This document shows, one piece after another, positions 60,053 through 64,000 of a DNA stretch of 64,000 nt. Under the pieces are notes generated by a model. It was not told the DNA's origin. It did not search any database and saw nothing but the letters and a program-made list of their open reading frames with translations. Source of the DNA: Thermoproteota archaeon. GTDB lineage: Archaea > Korarchaeota > JAOZGF01 > JAOZFZ01. The position numbers and the translations under genes were made by a program. Within the stretch, counting starts at the first letter, position 1. Each line of letters starts with the position of its first letter. The DNA is taken from contig JAOZFT010000004.1 of the NCBI GenBank assembly GCA_027492035.1, positions 384,001 through 448,000 of the forward strand. Direction: 5' to 3'.

Positions 60053-61429
60053 TCAAATTTTCAAAAGTTTATCCTCGTATTTCTTTAGGTAGAGGGCTGC
60101 TTCACCTACGTCCATAAAAAGCTTATCCACTTCCTCTACGTCGTCAACCTCCACTTTTTCGCGTTTCCTTATCTTGGCTTTCTGACCAGCTAAGCTAAGA
60201 AGCTGTACGGCGTAACGTAGAGAAGAATTTGCGCCTATTTCAACCAATTTATTAAGGGCATCCTCTTCAATTTTCACTTTTTCCTCTTCAGCTCTAATTT
60301 TAAGTATCTCTTTTATTTCTTCCGGATTGTACTCTTTCGTGCCAATGATTACAGATCTATCAATTAGATCTAAAGGGAACCCTAACGGGCTTGCCACATC
60401 TGTGCCTCTTATTTTGGTTACTCCCCTGTTAGTTGCAAGAATTATTATAGGTACTAACTCGCTCTCCATCGACCTACTGAGGAAACTAAAGGCTTCAAGA
60501 TCCAGCAAATGGGAATCATCAATAAACAGAACTCCTGGGTGAATGAATGCCTTCCCTGAATCCACCCACTCTTTCACTTGTTTATCCACTTGCAGCCTTA
60601 TTTCAGGGTCTATTTCCTTCTTTTCAACTCCTCCGAAGAACAAAGACAGGATTCCCCCACCTGCTCTTTGTTTAGCCACAATATTGTCTAAATCGTTCAA
60701 AGTCATTGTGTAAACGAACTCTTTTTCTTTCAGTATTTCTCCTGCAGGTCTAGGCACTTTTACTTCAGTATCTACATCCAGCTTCTTTCCTCTCTCACTA
60801 TCGAGGGAAACACCTGCCTTTACTACCCTACCTGTCTCTGCGTCTATTTGAATAACATCCCCTTCAACTATCCCCTGTTGAATTATTTGTTCAGCTATGC
60901 TTGACCCTGCTTCTATTGTTTTTTCCTCCTCTAATGTTTTCAATTTGATTTTTACGCTATGAGGAACTTTTTGGTATGGATTGTAAGGGTGAGGCCTTGT
61001 CTCTATATCCACTGAAACAACTTCTCCTTCATATATCTTCCTCATTTCATGAATTTCGACTCCTATGCTTTTTCTTAAGGCTTCGATCAATATCTCTGTT
61101 TTCTTTCTTTCGCTACTATAAATTTCGCTTCCACTCATCTGGATAAAGGGTACATTTACTCCTAATTCTTTTGAAATTGCTATTGCGATTGCTGTTTTGC
61201 CTGTTCCTGGAGGACCTGCTAAAATTATTGTTTTCCCGCTTAACTTTCCCTCTTTGATCATGTTGACAATTATCCCTGCTGCTTCTCTAGCTTTCAACTG
61301 ACCAACCATGCCATCTTTCTTAAAAATAGCTTTTAAGTTTTCATCTAAACCTAGGCCTTTGATATGAGTGTGCGCACCAATTCTTTCAAATCCTCTTGAG
61401 GTTTCTTTTACCTCTTTTATTAAGGACAA
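60053..61429 (-). CDS. TIP49/RuvB-like AAA+ ATPase
   Basis: RIGAHTHIKGLGL, GPPGTGKT, GSEIYS, PGVLFIDD, ATNRG, SLRYAVQL. Confidence 0.95.
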   Translation of the reverse strand: MSLIKEVKETSRGFERIGAHTHIKGLGLDENLKAIFKKDGMVGQLKAREAAGIIVNMIKEGKLSGKTIILAGPPGTGKTAIAIAISKELGVNVPFIQMSGSEIYSSERKKTEILIEALRKSIGVEIHEMRKIYEGEVVSVDIETRPHPYNPYQKVPHSVKIKLKTLEEEKTIEAGSSIAEQIIQQGIVEGDVIQIDAETGRVVKAGVSLDSERGKKLDVDTEVKVPRPAGEILKEKEFVYTMTLNDLDNIVAKQRAGGGILSLFFGGVEKKEIDPEIRLQVDKQVKEWVDSGKAFIHPGVLFIDDSHLLDLEAFSFLSRSMESELVPIIILATNRGVTKIRGTDVASPLGFPLDLIDRSVIIGTKEYNPEEIKEILKIRAEEEKVKIEEDALNKLVEIGANSSLRYAVQLLSLAGQKAKIRKREKVEVDDVEEVDKLFMDVGEAALYLKKYEDKLLKI

Positions 61430-61440
61430 AATCTATCACC

Positions 61441-61490
61441 TCAGTAGCCGACGATCATCACTTTTCAAAACTTTATTAAGGGGCATAATT
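61441..61490 (-). ncRNA. Candidate box C/D sRNA or K-loop upstream of TIP49
   Basis: UUGA-aaa-GUGAUGA-ucgucggcua-CUGA. The 5' C box is not clear. Confidence 0.45.
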
Positions 61491-61894
61491 TTTCAGGGGA
61501 AGATAAAAAGGTTTCTCAAAACTTAAACTTGGAGAAGCTGCTTTTAAGAGAAAAATTATCTACTTAAATTAAAAAATGATCAACGAAAAATTTAAATATT
61601 CTCTTTTGCTTCAGAAAGAACATCTTCTTTTGAGGGATGAAGAGTGAAAGGCGGTCGTCAAACAAATAATTAAAGCTTCGTGCGATAACTCTCTACCTTT
61701 ACTTGATAAATATAAGCAACTACAACTTATTTCTTCTTTCCTTCCCTATTCCCCTATTTCTTACTCCTTTAAACACTCTTTTATTTTGTATACCTATGTC
61801 TTCTTTTCATTTCTCCTTTCTAAGTTTCTTTATTTTCTTCAAACTTCACTCACATCCCAAACTACTTGAGTCATTTAGAAAGGTGCTTCATATA

Positions 61895-63802
61895 ATGGTG
61901 AAAATAAAACTGCCAAACGGGGAAATAGCTAAAGGAAAAATTGGAGAAAGGATAATTGATTTTTTACCAGGAAAAATAGGTTTAGTGGCTAAAATAAACG
62001 GTAAACTCTTCGATTTAACAAATAAAATTCCTGAAAGCTGTAAAGAAGTAGAAGTACTTGATTTTAATAATAGGGAAGGTAAAGCGACATATTGGCATAC
62101 AACCTCTCACATACTTGCACAGGCTGTTAAGGAACTATACCCTAAAGCATTACTTGGAATAGGTCCCTCAATTGAAACAGGATTCTATTACGACTTCGAC
62201 CTTGGAAGTAAGGTTTTCACTCCCCAAGACCTTGAAAAAATAGAACGTAAAATGAAAGAAATAGTTAATAAAGACATCCCCCTAATAAGGAAGGAAATAA
62301 GTAAATCTAAAGCCCTGAAACTTTTTAAGGAAAGGAGAGAGAAATACAAAATAGAATTGATTAAGGAGTTAAAGGAAGAAAGGATAACTGTTTACTGGCA
62401 AAATAACTTCGTTGATTTATGTAAAGGGCCTCATTTACCATCAACAGGCTACGTTAAACACTTAAAATTAATTAATTCCTCCTCCTCTTATTGGAAAGGG
62501 AATGAAAGAGGGCCTACCCTGCAAAGAATATACGGTGTATCCTTCCCTTCAAAAGAGCTTCTTGAACAATACCTCTACAAACTTGAGGAAGCGAAAAAAA
62601 GAGACCACAGAATCATAGGAACTAAACTTGATCTATTCTCTATCCATGAAGTTTTAGGAGCCGGGTTAATTTGTTGGCACCCGAAAGGGGCCATTATAAG
62701 AAGGGAAGTAGAGAACTTTTGGGTTAAAGAACATCTAAAAAGGGGGTATCAACTCGTATATACCCCTCATATAGCGAAATCGGAACTTTGGAAGACGTCA
62801 GGCCACATGAGTTACTATAAAGAATACATGTACACACTAGAAAAGGAAAACGAGGAATATGTCTTGAAACCAATGAACTGCCCATTTCATGTGTTAATCT
62901 ACAAATCTAAAACCAGAAGCTATAGAGACCTACCTATTAGATATTGTGAGTTAGGCACTGTGTACAGATATGAAAAGTCAGGGGTCCTACATGGCTTGTT
63001 AAGGGTAAGAGGCTTCACTCAGGATGATGCGCATATCTTTTGCACTCCAGACCAACTAAAAGAAGAAGTGATGGGGGTAATTGATTTGATGCAATTTATA
63101 TTACAGGGTTTGGGTTTTAAGGAATATAAGGTAACTTTATCTACAAGAGATCCAACCAAGCCTGAAAAATACATGGGATCGGATGAGGATTGGTTTAATG
63201 CCCAAAGAGCGCTGTCTGAAGCCTTGAAGAAGAAGGGATTAGAGTTCATGGAGGCACCTGGAGAAGCCGTGTTTTACGGCCCAAAAATAGATGTTAAATT
63301 GATTGATTCCTTGGGAAGAGAATGGCAAGGCCCCACTATACAGGTTGATTTCAATCTCCCCAAGAGGTTTGATGTAACATATGTTGGACCAGATGGGAAA
63401 GAACATCTTGCTGTCATGGTTCATAGAGCTTTACTTGGCTCCTTTGAAAGGTTCTTTGGACTATTAATAGAACATTATGCTGGAGATTTTCCGCTATGGC
63501 TTGCTCCAGTGCAAGTTAAGGTTATTCCCGTCAGTGACAAAAACTTGAATTATGCAAGAGAAGTTTACAGAACCCTTTATAATGAAGGGTTCCGTGTTGA
63601 ACTTGATGACAGAGCGGAAACGATGAATTACAAAGTAAGGGAAGCTGAAATGCAAAAAATAAGGTATATGGTAATAATTGGGGGAAAAGAAGAGAAAGGG
63701 AAAAACGTCTCAGTTAGGAAAAGAAAAGAGGGAAATATTGGCGTAATACCTCTAAATGCCTTCATAAAAATGTTAAAGAAAGAAATAACAGAGAAAATTT
63801 AG
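61895..63802 (+). CDS. thrS: Threonyl-tRNA synthetase, bacterial-type with TGS and editing domains
   Basis: HTTSH, DLCKGPH, RDHR, KPMNCP, RVRGFTQDD, FYGPKID. Start set at ATG 61895 (MVKIKLP). Confidence 0.95.
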   Translation: MVKIKLPNGEIAKGKIGERIIDFLPGKIGLVAKINGKLFDLTNKIPESCKEVEVLDFNNREGKATYWHTTSHILAQAVKELYPKALLGIGPSIETGFYYDFDLGSKVFTPQDLEKIERKMKEIVNKDIPLIRKEISKSKALKLFKERREKYKIELIKELKEERITVYWQNNFVDLCKGPHLPSTGYVKHLKLINSSSSYWKGNERGPTLQRIYGVSFPSKELLEQYLYKLEEAKKRDHRIIGTKLDLFSIHEVLGAGLICWHPKGAIIRREVENFWVKEHLKRGYQLVYTPHIAKSELWKTSGHMSYYKEYMYTLEKENEEYVLKPMNCPFHVLIYKSKTRSYRDLPIRYCELGTVYRYEKSGVLHGLLRVRGFTQDDAHIFCTPDQLKEEVMGVIDLMQFILQGLGFKEYKVTLSTRDPTKPEKYMGSDEDWFNAQRALSEALKKKGLEFMEAPGEAVFYGPKIDVKLIDSLGREWQGPTIQVDFNLPKRFDVTYVGPDGKEHLAVMVHRALLGSFERFFGLLIEHYAGDFPLWLAPVQVKVIPVSDKNLNYAREVYRTLYNEGFRVELDDRAETMNYKVREAEMQKIRYMVIIGGKEEKGKNVSVRKRKEGNIGVIPLNAFIKMLKKEITEKI

Positions 63803-63816
63803 CTTTCTTAAAGGAA

Positions 63817-63911
63817 TGGACCGGGTGGGATTTGAACCCACGACCTCCGCGAATCTGCTTTAAAGATTTAAATCGCCAACGCGGCGTTCATTCCAACTGA
63901 ACTACCGGCCC
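63817..63911 (-). tRNA. tRNA-Ala(GGC) with a 21-nt 37/38 intron at 63853-63873
   Basis: GGGCCGG/CCGGTCC-A acceptor with G3-U70, CCGCG-TTGGCG|T-CGCGG anticodon arm. Confidence 0.9.
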
Positions 63912-64000
63912 TTCCACTATTCATATGCCCATTGTTACCTCTATTTCACTCTTACTTTATTAAATTTTTTGTTTTGCCAGTTGTATCTCCTAATTCTTTT

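Noticed and set aside
61630-61700. Possible C/D sRNA starting ATGAAGA with a GC-rich guide-like segment
   Set aside because: No convincing D box or terminal stem.
61703-61894. Hydrophobic 64-aa N-terminal extension of ThrRS in the ORF track
   Set aside because: This is a pyrimidine-rich intergenic sequence that is open by chance. Homology begins at ATG 61895, after an AGGTG SD-like word.
1-64000. CRISPR arrays, transposases, inteins, rRNA
   Set aside because: No regularly spaced repeats, transposase motifs or rRNA were seen. RpoA, RpoB, PolB and IF5B have normal lengths.

Overview
AT-rich archaeal core-genome region, dense in translation and transcription genes. It holds about 25 ribosomal proteins, RNAP subunits (unsplit RpoA and RpoB, plus D, E', H, K, N), IF2-gamma, IF5B, EF-1A, three aminoacyl-tRNA synthetases, KEOPS/Sua5, a histone, a thermosome subunit, PolB, TIP49 and one-carbon enzymes. 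S25e, TIP49, the histone, unsplit RpoA and B1-like PolB suggest a TACK/Asgard-related lineage (inference only). The main signal is an expanded bulge-helix-bulge (BHB) splicing system that reaches into mRNAs. Two conserved housekeeping genes are split by short, frame-breaking, stop-containing BHB introns: rpoN (22 nt, 39495-39516) and glyA/SHMT (34 nt, 58569-58602). Cutting at the canonical EndA positions restores their hallmark motifs exactly. All six tRNA genes carry introns (at least 8, several at non-canonical D-arm or T-loop sites). The splicing endonuclease gene is a two-unit fusion with a crenarchaeal-specific-loop-like insert and sits head-to-head with the intron-containing glyA. Archease is also present. 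Also seen: a C/D-box sRNA complementary to the window's tRNA-Leu, an unexplained ~260-nt structured intergenic element, an inverted rps27ae and a degenerate DNA-ligase-like gene. All calls were made by eye, with no database searches or folding programs run.
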